Under the pieces are notes generated by a model that worked only from the letters and a program-made list of their open reading frames with translations, did not search any database and was not told where the DNA came from. Source: a virus. Taken from it: a stretch of DNA of 64,000 bases. The first letter of the stretch is position 1. Each line of letters begins with the position of its first letter. The stretch covers positions 1 through 64,000 of the IMG/VR virus record IMGVR_UViG_3300021168_000016. The stretch is one strand, 5' to 3'. Positions 9,791-19,455 of the stretch are shown here, piece by piece. The position numbers and the translations under genes were made by a program.

Positions 9791-12700
9791 ATGTTGAATC
9801 CTTTCCTTCTCAACTTACTTTGTAGATGGGTAAACATTTCATCTCCATGTTTAGAGACATCAAAGTTACCATTTACTATAGGAGCAAATTGGTACTGTAG
9901 TCTGCCGATAGAGTTGCCTGAAGCTGTATTAGAAGTATTAGTTGAAATACCTCCGCCTGAAATCATACCCTGTAGTCCTTTACTGATATGTGCAGGAAGA
10001 ATCATTTCGTTCTTATGAGCTAGCACGTTCATATCTGACGACAGTACTGCTCCTTTTTCAGCTGCTGCTGCGGGAAGGAAAGCCATTGCTGCTGCAGACA
10101 TGGCTGCACCGAAGCCCGGAGCTCCCATATCGATTGGCCAAGGAGCTCCTGCCCAGGACGCTACGCCGGCTGCTCCAGCCTCAGCTGCGTGCGCTGTGAT
10201 AATGCTAGCAGATGCTACAGACTGTGATATCTTCATTCCAAGCAGTGTCATAAGCCAGTTCTCAAGCATCACAAGACCCATCTTGACGAACTGTTCTGCT
10301 AAGGTTGCTACTAGTTGCGCTCCCATATTCTGCATGGCTCGAACGAAACTGCCACCATGTAGAATCCATTGTCCAACAGAATTACTGAATTGTTGATTAA
10401 CAGATGTAAGAGCATGCTCCCAACTCATTTTGAATTGATCTGTGAAAGACTTCCAAGATAAACCGGCAGTGAGTTCTTTATTCATCATGTCAGTAAAGAA
10501 CCCTTTTGCAGTAATATCTAGTTTGCTAAATGCTTGATTCGTACTTTCTAATAGTTGCTGGTATCTCCGCCATAATGATGTTTGTTGTTCTAAGTCTTTA
10601 TCGAGACCTTGAAGCTTCTGTGCTGAGTTATTAAAATCCTGCGATCCCGGAGCTTGTGTCTGCTGGGTAGCAGCTGTTTTACTAATTTCACCTTCAGTAG
10701 CATCTACTGCTGCCTTGGCAGAAGCGGTTTTCTTCTCAAGTAAGGCTATTGATGCCTGTAAGTTCTTCCTCTCCTGATTACTACCAATATCATGTTCTTC
10801 GAACAGACGTTCATATGCTTTTATCTGTTCCTGTACTCCACGAAGCTCTTCATTTTGTCCCCTGACCTGAAGTGTATCAGCTCTACCACTAGCAGTTTTT
10901 ATAGCTTCATCACGCTTCTTCATTGCTTCATCGAATGCCTTATTAGTCTCATCAAGCATTCGCTTTTCAGCAATGGCTACTGCTTCTTCTTCATCTAGCT
11001 GCTTACTTTTCTCAGCCATCAATCTAGAATGGCCATCACGCTCAATTCTTACTAGTGCTGCTTGATGAGCCGTGTAAGCTAATTCAAGCTCTTTCCTATC
11101 TTCAAAGATTGCTGTACCTTGTTCAGGACCCGGTTTCTTTAATTCATCAGTCTGTTTTTTCCTCTCAAGAGCAGCTACGTGTGCATTATATTGATCGTTT
11201 TCGGCTTTAACCTGATTTAGCGTTTCTGTCGCAAGCAGTGATTGTTTAGTAAACGAATATCTTACATCTGCCTGTGCTTTACTTTCGCCTGCCCTTACGT
11301 GGCTAGCTACTTGGAGCTCAAGTGCCGCCTGTTGCGCGCGGAGTAAACTCTGTGCATTCTCTTTAGCAATCTGAACTGCTTGTTCGCCCTGCTTGTCACT
11401 AATTTTATCTGCAGCTTCACTCTCAGTAAGTGCTGTTGCGCGAGCCACATCCTCCATACCGAGTATTGCTGCTTTTTGCCTGTCCTCATCAGCCTGCTGC
11501 TCTTTCTTTATAGCAAGAATGTGAGCTTCTATGGGAGTGATTGTACCGCTTTCCTGCGCATTTATTTCAGCAAATGCTCCTATTGCTTCAGCTCTCATCT
11601 CCTCGAGAGCTTTGACCATTGCTATCTTCTGCTGTTCGAAAGGAAGATTTTGTAATTCTTTCGGAGTAGGAAGTATGTTTGTCTGTAACGTTCCCGAAAG
11701 TAATTTCTTAGCTTCATCTGCTGATGCACTTATTAAATCATTGAAATTCTTTACTGCTAAGAAATTCTTAGCGGCATTATCATATCGATTATTTAATTCT
11801 TTTAGTTGCCCTTGAGTTAAACCCTGTTCAGAAGTTAGTATCTGAAGCGTTTTGTCTGTATAAGTTTTTACTTCATTATCAGCATCAGCCTTTGCCTTCT
11901 GGGCAGTAGCTAAATCAATTGCGGATGCCTTTTGGGCAGCAGCATCTTTTGCATTGTTATAGTTATCCTGTGCAAGTTGTAACTCTACATTCGCTTGACT
12001 TTGTGCTGCTACTAATACCTCAAGTGTTTTAAGTCTAGGATCAGCCTTCTCTTTGAAATCAGTTGTTTCTTCGTGGCCCGTAAGTGCTGCTCTAAAGAGA
12101 CCAACTTTACCTGTTTCAAGAAGTTCTAACTCTTTTTCAATTGCCCTTTCAAAAGAATCAGTTAACTTATCTACTTCTTGAGCCGACTCAATTATGGCTT
12201 CTGCTAATTTGTTTACAGCTGGACGTCCCTCAAATATAGCAATTTCATCGGTTAGTTTTAAAGTCTGTAGTTCAATGTTCTCGACATTTCTTAGACCTTG
12301 TGTTCCTAGATCATCGAATGCTACATTAGCCTTTCTAAGTGTATTCTCCATCTGCAGGAACTTATCATGCAGACCAGAGATGACTTCAGCTAATAGGATT
12401 AATCCAATAACTGGGAAAGCTGCAACTAAAACGGCGTTAACAGAAGCAATACTTCTTCCTAAGATACCAAAACCAAATCCTAACTGACCTAAACCAAGTT
12501 CATAGGCACCGGCACGACCAGCCAGATAGCCCATCATCTTTGCGTTCTCTGAGAGTCCTTGTGTATTCGCGTTAACAGCGGACGTGTTGATGTTCATCAC
12601 GTTACCGACTGTATTAACCGCGTACCCTGCTTTCTGAGCAGCAGCAGCTACAGCCTGCTGAGCAAAAGCGACAACGTGAGCGTTAGCTCCTCCCTGTAAC

Positions 12701-13428
12701 TGCGCATTAGCTAAGGCTGCTGTCGCTTGTCTCAGTGCGGCTGTTTGAGTAACACCTTGACCTAACGCTACTGTATATCGCTGCGTAGCAGCAGTTGCCA
12801 CATTTGTACTAGCTGCAGCGGCTTGTGTAGCAGCAGCAGCTACAGCCTGCTGAGTAGATACATCAAGTAGGATCTCTTCTTCTTGTGCCTCTGCGATAGC
12901 ACGAGCTTCTATAGCAGCTACACGAGCTTCATCAGCCGCAATCAATCCTGAAGATATTGCTACCAGATTTCCGGTAGCTATTGCGCGCCCTTCTATTGCA
13001 GCAGTTAATTCACCTTCAATCGTTGCTAGCTCATTATCAGAAGTTATTATCTCATCTTGGAGTTCAGCAAGACCCAATTCGGTCGAGATCAATTCTCCAA
13101 TTGAAGCTACATGTCCCCCTATTGAGACAGTCGTCGTATCTACTACATTTCTCCAAGCAGAGAACTGACTAACTGATGTAGCAAGTTCAGTATTTGTTTC
13201 TGTTAGTGCGCCGTATAAAACATTTAGTGCGTCTCCTCCTGTAGTTGCATTTCCCGAGATAGAATTTAGTGATTTCCCTAGATTCCCTATCTCTCCGGCA
13301 GCAGTCGAAGATAATTCTGAAAGGTCATTTAAAGGACTAGCTAGAGCCTGAAATGCACCTTCAGCCGCAGATGTACCTTCAAGGATATCTGAGACGTCGA
13401 ATATCGCACTTATTCTAAGTTCATCCAT
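9787..13428 (-). CDS. Tape measure protein
   Basis: 1213 aa, Ala/Glu/Lys-rich helical; C-terminal AEKGA...AHKNEMILPA motif; between chaperone and distal tail genes. Confidence 0.9.
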   Translation of the reverse strand: MDELRISAIFDVSDILEGTSAAEGAFQALASPLNDLSELSSTAAGEIGNLGKSLNSISGNATTGGDALNVLYGALTETNTELATSVSQFSAWRNVVDTTTVSIGGHVASIGELISTELGLAELQDEIITSDNELATIEGELTAAIEGRAIATGNLVAISSGLIAADEARVAAIEARAIAEAQEEEILLDVSTQQAVAAAATQAAAASTNVATAATQRYTVALGQGVTQTAALRQATAALANAQLQGGANAHVVAFAQQAVAAAAQKAGYAVNTVGNVMNINTSAVNANTQGLSENAKMMGYLAGRAGAYELGLGQLGFGFGILGRSIASVNAVLVAAFPVIGLILLAEVISGLHDKFLQMENTLRKANVAFDDLGTQGLRNVENIELQTLKLTDEIAIFEGRPAVNKLAEAIIESAQEVDKLTDSFERAIEKELELLETGKVGLFRAALTGHEETTDFKEKADPRLKTLEVLVAAQSQANVELQLAQDNYNNAKDAAAQKASAIDLATAQKAKADADNEVKTYTDKTLQILTSEQGLTQGQLKELNNRYDNAAKNFLAVKNFNDLISASADEAKKLLSGTLQTNILPTPKELQNLPFEQQKIAMVKALEEMRAEAIGAFAEINAQESGTITPIEAHILAIKKEQQADEDRQKAAILGMEDVARATALTESEAADKISDKQGEQAVQIAKENAQSLLRAQQAALELQVASHVRAGESKAQADVRYSFTKQSLLATETLNQVKAENDQYNAHVAALERKKQTDELKKPGPEQGTAIFEDRKELELAYTAHQAALVRIERDGHSRLMAEKSKQLDEEEAVAIAEKRMLDETNKAFDEAMKKRDEAIKTASGRADTLQVRGQNEELRGVQEQIKAYERLFEEHDIGSNQERKNLQASIALLEKKTASAKAAVDATEGEISKTAATQQTQAPGSQDFNNSAQKLQGLDKDLEQQTSLWRRYQQLLESTNQAFSKLDITAKGFFTDMMNKELTAGLSWKSFTDQFKMSWEHALTSVNQQFSNSVGQWILHGGSFVRAMQNMGAQLVATLAEQFVKMGLVMLENWLMTLLGMKISQSVASASIITAHAAEAGAAGVASWAGAPWPIDMGAPGFGAAMSAAAMAFLPAAAAEKGAVLSSDMNVLAHKNEMILPAHISKGLQGMISGGGISTNTSNTASGNSIGRLQYQFAPIVNGNFDVSKHGDEMFTHLQSKLRRKGFNI

Positions 13429-13429
13429 A

Positions 13430-14055
13430 TTAGTTTATTTTCATGAGTTTCTTTTGAGCTTCTGCCCAAAGCATAGCTTCATGGAAGCCTTCAGGAGCTG
13501 ATCCTTCAGGAGGTAACTGTCCAAATTCTTTACTGAAGGTATGCTGGAATTCCACTTCGTCAAATTCCTTCTTCTTATTCAGACGTCCCTTTCTATTAAC
13601 TGTCACACCATGAACGAGAGTGAGTATTTCTGCTGTAGTAGGATGATCTCCCAGAAATTCGAGAAGCTCGACAACCTCGTCCAGAGTGTGTTCTTCTACT
13701 GAACGATAGTCCCAGCCGAAGGCGACACAGAGGCGTCCGTAGATTGCGCCCCACTCGATGTTGCTTCCGGCTGAATTTCCCCCTCTTTTTTCTGGACAAT
13801 AATACCAGAGGCTCTAAGGGTGAGTTGCCAAGTATTTAGAAACTCTTCGAACGTGAGCTCTTCTAGGAGTTCTTTCTTAAAGTCAGGATCGTTGCCTTGG
13901 ATGGATGCTGTAATATAAGGTGAGTAACGATCAAGCAATACAGCAATTGATCCTGAAGGAGGTTCTTTAAGTGTGTCGTTGATACGACGAAGATGCTTCA
14001 AGCGTAGCGGAGATAGTGTGTACTCTTTTCCATTGATGTTAATCTTTTCAGGCAT
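13430..14055 (-). CDS. Tail assembly chaperone, extended -1 frameshift product (gpGT-like)
   Basis: Slippery GGGGGAA at 13783-13777; the -1 frame is open to TAA at 13432-13430 (GNSAGSNIEWGAIYGRLCVAFGWDYRSVEEHTLDEV...KIN) and ends 1 nt before the tape measure ATG. Confidence 0.8.
13696..14055 (-). CDS. Tail assembly chaperone (gpG-like)
   Basis: 119 aa, MPEKININGKEYTLSPL; canonical position upstream of tape measure. Confidence 0.8.
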   Translation of the reverse strand: MPEKININGKEYTLSPLRLKHLRRINDTLKEPPSGSIAVLLDRYSPYITASIQGNDPDFKKELLEELTFEEFLNTWQLTLRASGIIVQKKEGEIQPEATSSGAQSTDASVSPSAGTIVQ

Positions 14056-14070
14056 GACAGGATTCCTTTC

Positions 14071-14769
14071 TTACACGAATACTGGAGTATCTTCAAACGG
14101 TATTCCAGTATAAATTCCTTTACGTTCAAGAGCAAGTCTTGTCTCTTCAGCGCGATGACAAGATGGACAGAGTGTAATACCGTTACTTACTTCGTAGCGA
14201 AGTTTCGGAAACTCTCTCCAAGGTTTAATGTGATGACAATGAAGAAAGCAATTAGCTGTAGTTGAGGATTCAGTTGGTAATTCATCCTGCGTGATACCAC
14301 AGTATTGACATGTATCATTGTCACGTTGTCTAACTGCAAGTTGCCAGACTTGGTACTTCTTTCTATACCGACCTTCGGCCGGGTGCAACTTCCAAAATTC
14401 TTCCCAGTAGGCTGTGTTCGCGGCTTTGATCTTATCTTTTCTTTCTTGTGTATGCCTATAGTTAGAAGGATTACCTCTATTTCCTGATGGCTTTCCCGTA
14501 CTAGCTATACGCATTAACTCTTTTGATTCTTCTGAATGAGTATGACCAAAATGGTTTCGGGTCCGTCTAGCATTATCTGCTTGGATAAGACTTAATTCAG
14601 CTGCTTTTTCTTCTCCAAAGAGTTCAATGTTAGTCTTACCTTTATTCCAAGCAATAATACCTTTTGGTCGTCCTCCCTTGTAAGTTTGACCAAGTGCTTT
14701 CAGAAGTAGATTATATATCTTAATCCCTAAGATATATTCATTTATTTTGGTTGGATCTTTTGGTAGCAT
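14071..14769 (-). CDS. Free-standing HNH homing endonuclease with NUMOD3-like repeats
   Basis: HTHSEESKELMR, AWNKGK; RDNDTCQYCG...HCHHIKPW..FPKLRYEVSNGITLCPSCH. Confidence 0.9.
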   Translation of the reverse strand: MLPKDPTKINEYILGIKIYNLLLKALGQTYKGGRPKGIIAWNKGKTNIELFGEEKAAELSLIQADNARRTRNHFGHTHSEESKELMRIASTGKPSGNRGNPSNYRHTQERKDKIKAANTAYWEEFWKLHPAEGRYRKKYQVWQLAVRQRDNDTCQYCGITQDELPTESSTTANCFLHCHHIKPWREFPKLRYEVSNGITLCPSCHRAEETRLALERKGIYTGIPFEDTPVFV

Positions 14770-14871
14770 AAGAAGAATGGGCAGGTCCTTTCTACCTACC
14801 CATCCCTATTATGTTATACCCTGAGTTTAAGAACTAAAGGACTACCTTAAAGATTCTTTCTAAGTCACTGA

Positions 14872-15891
14872 TTAGAAAGTATCTCCAAAAATAAGGCCGA
14901 GATTGTTCCCGGCATCTGTATTCGCATCGAAAGCTACATCCGCAATTTTGTTACTCTTTCTGTCTTCTAGAAAGGAGCTAGACATTTCTGCTAGCTTCTT
15001 GCAGTTCAATTCCTGCAATGTTCGGACTATTGCATCACCTGTTCTAGGTGCCCTCTCGCTTAGTCTCTCACGGTGCATGATAGTAACTACTATCGGCTTC
15101 CGCCTCGTTGGCATCTCAGCGTTCGAGTCAATTAGAGTGGGTTTCATGTTGTCCTCTATATCCCTATAGAGCGATCCCGGTTAATTTGTTGAGATCCAAA
15201 AATCCTCCAATTTGCTCGGGTAAGTCCAACTGCCAAACGTCACTGAGTTAAGCTGAATACCAAGGATCTTACTCCGGAAGTTATTCCAGACTTGGACTTG
15301 GCATACAGGAGCAAAACCCATCAACTGATTGGCCATTGTGATAGTCTTACCACGGGTAGAGTTAGTATAAGTATAGCTGATAGACATAGCAATGTTATTA
15401 TCAGCCGAACTAAAGAAATACGCCCCCGTAGAGTTGACAGTGTATACACCTACACCAGATCCAATAGCTGTAACCTGAAGCAACAAGGCTCCCGCTTTTG
15501 CGCCTCCGGCGTATAGTACACCGTTGTTCTGTGTGAAGTTGGCTCCGCCATTAGCTGCGGTTGCATTAGGTAAACCAGTAGCTCCCGTGGTAGGAGTAAT
15601 TGTCTCTCCGTCTATTGGAATTTGCGTACCAGCAGCAATTGATTGTCCCCAGAAGAGTTGATTGATGGGATCAGGATCGTAGTTAGCAATCTTTGCTTTT
15701 CCTGTCACTTCAATCTTACCGCGGGCAGTGGCAATTGGAAACTGGTATTGCGTGAACAGCTTCTTCAAGTCGCCCTTGAACTCAACAGATACTTCCTGCA
15801 AAAGTAGGCGAACAGGACTTGGATTAACAGCGAGGTTACCGGCGTTCGGTGTAGAGTAGAGCAAACCGGTACCAAACTCGATTACGGCCAT
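14872..15891 (-). CDS. Major tail tube protein, two exons (15891-15192 and 14942-14872), 256 aa spliced
   Basis: Position between tail terminator and chaperone; LQEVSVEFKGDLKKL motif; removing the intron joins ...EDFWI-S-DVAFDANTDAGNNLGLIFGDTF in frame. Confidence 0.8.
14943..15191 (-). mobile_element. Group I self-splicing intron (ORF-less, 249 nt)
   Basis: P1: exon GATCT pairs with IGS GGATC, with U.G at the splice site. P10: CCG/CGG. P7: GAGAGACTA...ATAGTCC. P9 hairpins, 3' end GTAACAAAATTG with terminal G. Splicing restores the reading frame. Confidence 0.9.
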
Positions 15892-15926
15892 ATTATTCTC
15901 CTTTACAGCAGATTATGTTCAGCCTA

Positions 15927-15945
15927 CTTCGTGACAGGAACGAAG
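15927..15945 (-). promoter_or_regulatory. Leader hairpin with UUCCUGUCA loop (tail tube 5' region)
   Basis: CTTCG-TTCCTGTCA-CGAAG; same 9-nt loop as at 36198-36216. Confidence 0.55.
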
Positions 15946-15951
15946 AAAGTT

Positions 15952-16422
15952 TTATACCAAAATCGTGATGGGAACGACGATTACAGCCTGTTGATCGTTG
16001 ATGCCGCTGTCGAAAAAGATTGTGCCATCGATAAAACAATGATAACAGACGCCGCCGAGAGTCAGTCTATTATTAATTGGATCAGTTTGAAAGGCTAGTT
16101 CGAAAGAATCTAACATCTGATCTGTAATCTGATCAGGATAGGTAGAAGCTGTTTTCAGACTATCCGTCCTAAAGTAAATCCAGATCGATGCGTGCCACTC
16201 TTGTTTAGTAACTCCAAAGACATGCTTCTGTTCAGAAATCTGTGGACCTCTATGCAACAACATAGCAGGCTGGCTAACTGCCGGAATCTCATCCCATAGA
16301 ACTAGACTCTGTGTAATTGTCTTCCATACAGTTTGTCCTGGTATAGATGTTGCCGGTATTGTCTTCATCAATGCTAGAAGAGCGTTAAACACTGTAGAAC
16401 GACCTGCGTGAGAGAGAGGCAT
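15952..16422 (-). CDS. Tail terminator / tail completion protein
   Basis: 156 aa, WDEIPAVSQPA...LTLGGVCYHCFIDG...VVPITIL; position before tail tube. Confidence 0.7.
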   Translation of the reverse strand: MPLSHAGRSTVFNALLALMKTIPATSIPGQTVWKTITQSLVLWDEIPAVSQPAMLLHRGPQISEQKHVFGVTKQEWHASIWIYFRTDSLKTASTYPDQITDQMLDSFELAFQTDPINNRLTLGGVCYHCFIDGTIFFDSGINDQQAVIVVPITILV

Positions 16423-16952
16423 TATACAGGTTCTCCTAATACACCGGTAATGGTTTCCTGTAATCCAGTCTTAATATCACTGATGGATTCATCAAGACTA
16501 GTAGACATGAAAGGTCGTTTAACCGCAGGAGGATGCCACACAGCCGCTACTACTACACCTTTGCTGTTTAGTTCTCCCCTGAGTACATCTAATACTTGTG
16601 GACCAGCCATGAAAGCTAATGCTTTCTTATCTACAGGAACAATTCTATACCAGTGGGTGCCTCCTGTTTCGAATACTTGTGCGAAACCTGCATCAGCACC
16701 TCCTGCTGTAACTGCTCCTGTAATAAGAGCACCATCAAAAGTAGTCGGTTGTACCTGAACACTTCTAAATAACGATCCCTCACGATTCTGTAATACTTCT
16801 CCCGACAACTTCTGCTGGATCTTCTGTTGTAACTTAATCATAAGGAACGACATCTTAGCTGTTAAGGCATCAACCATTTTATTTGCTCTCAGCATTAGAG
16901 CACGAACGATTTGTCGATCTGTTCCGTTGAATGAGAACTTTATCGTAGTCAT
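16422..16952 (-). CDS. Neck / virion morphogenesis protein (HK97 gp10-like)
   Basis: LSGEVLQNREGSLFRS...FAQVFETGG...HP...RPFM motifs. Confidence 0.7.
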   Translation of the reverse strand: MTTIKFSFNGTDRQIVRALMLRANKMVDALTAKMSFLMIKLQQKIQQKLSGEVLQNREGSLFRSVQVQPTTFDGALITGAVTAGGADAGFAQVFETGGTHWYRIVPVDKKALAFMAGPQVLDVLRGELNSKGVVVAAVWHPPAVKRPFMSTSLDESISDIKTGLQETITGVLGEPV

Positions 16953-17951
16953 TTAGTAGGCCAATGCTCTTCGTGAATAGTGTTCAATGATACGCTCAAT
17001 TCCCGGAGGCATAAACCAATCTCTATATCGAGTTGTACCGGCTACACCTTGACCACTGCTTAGTGTCTTGCTGGCAAGATCGATCCAATCTTTGCGTTCG
17101 TAGTTAATAGCTACTGCCTCCATTACTGCCTCTTGGAGATCGAAAGGGACAGATGCATACCCTGCTGTGTAGCTTACCTGTATGTTACCTTGTCCTCTTG
17201 AGAAACGTCCCGGCCATATCGTCTGTGCAGATATTTGGAACCCGGATGTATTCCATCTTAATGCGACTGCCTTAGCTGATGGATCAATATACCAACCTGA
17301 ATTAGTTAGTCCTGCCGATTGAGGAATTGTATAATTTCCAACTATAATCGATAAAATTGATACAATTGGACAGTTTCGAAGGAATAAACGACTTGCATTA
17401 TTCCCGTCATAAATCTCAACATAAGGATTAACTGAAGTAAAAGAAGACTGTCCTGTACGATTGAGAACGTATCGACTGAATGAACTAATTAGAAGTTGAA
17501 GGATACCATCATCATCTGTGTTAGTTGACTCAATTCCTAACCAAGACTTAACATCATCTAATTCGACAAGATCGGATGTTACCTGAGGGAAAACTACTAC
17601 TCCAGGAATAGACCACGTATCAACTAATGTAACGCCACTCGACGCTGTAATAACGACTAAGTAGCCAGTCAATGACTGTGCCGGATTAAATGTTGCTGGA
17701 ACCACTCCTTGATAGATACCGGAAACTCCTGGGATAGTTTCAGGTAAAGCAAGATTGCTGAAACTGGGATCTGCAATTGTTCCCGGTTGCGCTACTGGAT
17801 TTGATCGACTTCTATTTGCATAAAGTGTAGCAACAACAGTCATTCCTGTAATAGGTAAGCCTGTAGGATCAGTTAAGGTCCAGGTAATTTGTGACTGCTG
17901 TAAACATCGAAATGTCATCGAAGTAGGTGGGGCGATTGGAATCGTACTCAT
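16953..17951 (-). CDS. Head-tail connector (gp6-like) with N-terminal Ig-like domain
   Basis: DLVELDDVKSWLGI..DDDGILQLLI...YDGN...YTAGYASVPFDLQEAV; extra ~125-aa beta-rich N-terminus. Confidence 0.8.
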   Translation of the reverse strand: MSTIPIAPPTSMTFRCLQQSQITWTLTDPTGLPITGMTVVATLYANRSRSNPVAQPGTIADPSFSNLALPETIPGVSGIYQGVVPATFNPAQSLTGYLVVITASSGVTLVDTWSIPGVVVFPQVTSDLVELDDVKSWLGIESTNTDDDGILQLLISSFSRYVLNRTGQSSFTSVNPYVEIYDGNNASRLFLRNCPIVSILSIIVGNYTIPQSAGLTNSGWYIDPSAKAVALRWNTSGFQISAQTIWPGRFSRGQGNIQVSYTAGYASVPFDLQEAVMEAVAINYERKDWIDLASKTLSSGQGVAGTTRYRDWFMPPGIERIIEHYSRRALAY

Positions 17952-19039
17952 ATGATATCTCCGTCTACGTCTATAACAAGCTCAACAATTCCCCCCGCTA
18001 GAATAGGTTCACTTATTGCTCCGCCAGTTGCTAACGAAGCAGGGGTAACACCACCTGTTGCTAGGATGAACAAAGTAATTGGAACTTGTGTATAAGCTTC
18101 CGTACCATCAAATGCATCTTGATACCATCTGGGTTGTAAGAATTGTTGCTCTGCATCATTATCCCACGTGAAATCTACAATAGGTATTGGGATAGTAATG
18201 AGTTCTACACCTTCATCCATTAATGTATCGGATGAGAATTGTAGCGGATTAAGCTGTTGCCATTCAGCACTATCATCCCATGAAAAATCGCGAATGGGAA
18301 TTAGTATGATATTTTCTACTCCCGCATCTGTTACATCTCTATCAAGTTGGTATGGCTCCTGTGCTCGTTGTTGATCTGCATCTGTGTCAAAGAATTGGGA
18401 AGGTAAGAAAACCTTTTCTACGCCTTCATCCATTAGATGATCTTTGTAATACTCAGGTTGAGACTTAGACCATTCAGATGCATCATCCCAAGTGAACTGG
18501 AATATACCTGTTAAAATTGTTTCTACTGTTGGATCACTTATTTCTCTATCAAGTAAATAAGGATCCTGTGCAAACTGCTGATCTGCATCTGTATCAAAAG
18601 CAGCAGGAATAACCACGATGTTAATTGACTCAACTTCACCGGAGGAATCTGAACTAAAAGAAGGAGGTCGAAGAAATTGATGCTCTGCATCACTATCCCA
18701 ACCTGTAACTACACCTACAGCGTATTGAGGTAATTCTACAGGAAAAAGTTCCATCATCGCTGCTTTTGGTGCCCAGTATCTTTGCCTCTTAGATATATTG
18801 AGAGTTGCCGCCATTGCTGACGACGGAGCTACAAAATTGGGAATCTGCCATATTACTATAGCATCAACTTCATCATAAGATACTTGCCATTTCTGTAATG
18901 ATAATACATGTTGTTGATCGTATTCCTGTTGCTGTATGATCGGAGCTACAGTCAATCCTACAAAGGCCTCCTGTTCTTGCCGGATTATAATATCCAGCTG
19001 CTTTACGTACTGTTCATCAGGATAGAGGTATTCAAACAT
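17948..19039 (-). CDS. Acidic repeat protein 2 (hypothetical structural)
   Basis: About 6 copies of [WF]DxDA[ED]QQ...DxGVExI. Confidence 0.7.
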   Translation of the reverse strand: MFEYLYPDEQYVKQLDIIIRQEQEAFVGLTVAPIIQQQEYDQQHVLSLQKWQVSYDEVDAIVIWQIPNFVAPSSAMAATLNISKRQRYWAPKAAMMELFPVELPQYAVGVVTGWDSDAEHQFLRPPSFSSDSSGEVESINIVVIPAAFDTDADQQFAQDPYLLDREISDPTVETILTGIFQFTWDDASEWSKSQPEYYKDHLMDEGVEKVFLPSQFFDTDADQQRAQEPYQLDRDVTDAGVENIILIPIRDFSWDDSAEWQQLNPLQFSSDTLMDEGVELITIPIPIVDFTWDNDAEQQFLQPRWYQDAFDGTEAYTQVPITLFILATGGVTPASLATGGAISEPILAGGIVELVIDVDGDII

Positions 19040-19455
19040 TATTGATTATGCCTGATGTAGCTAACCGCTCCACCCACCTGTACAGCCTGACTATTTACTA
19101 AACACAAATCATTTCCTCCGGGAATAACCATATCTATACTAGTCATACCAGTTTGAGCAATTAATGTGAGAGGTCCATCTATCACTGTCGTTCCTGTATC
19201 ACATGGTGTTGATGATGTTGTCCCATATTCTATTGAAACGTTGGTTGTACCGGCTGCCATTAAATGATAACTAAATCTTGTTACAAGCGATCCAGAATGA
19301 GCAACTAGAGATATCGTTGTTGCAGAGGATGTATTGATATCAACTGTCGCTTCTGATCTAATTGGGATTACAGGAGTCAATCCCGGTACGTCGTAAAGGA
19401 ATAGAGTGATAGCAACGAATGCTATGAATAGTTTAAGATACTCTTTAGTTGTCAT
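19039..19455 (-). CDS. Small beta-rich protein with N-terminal hydrophobic/signal segment
   Basis: Likely start MTTKEYLKLFIAFVAITLFL after GGAGG; GTTSSTPCDTGTT...GNDLCL. Confidence 0.65.
   Translation of the reverse strand: MTTKEYLKLFIAFVAITLFLYDVPGLTPVIPIRSEATVDINTSSATTISLVAHSGSLVTRFSYHLMAAGTTNVSIEYGTTSSTPCDTGTTVIDGPLTLIAQTGMTSIDMVIPGGNDLCLVNSQAVQVGGAVSYIRHNQ

Noticed and set aside
14872-15147. 91-aa ORF MKPTLIDSN...GDTF as an independent gene
   Set aside because: It reads through the group I intron core; only its last 22 residues are real, as exon 2 of the tail tube.
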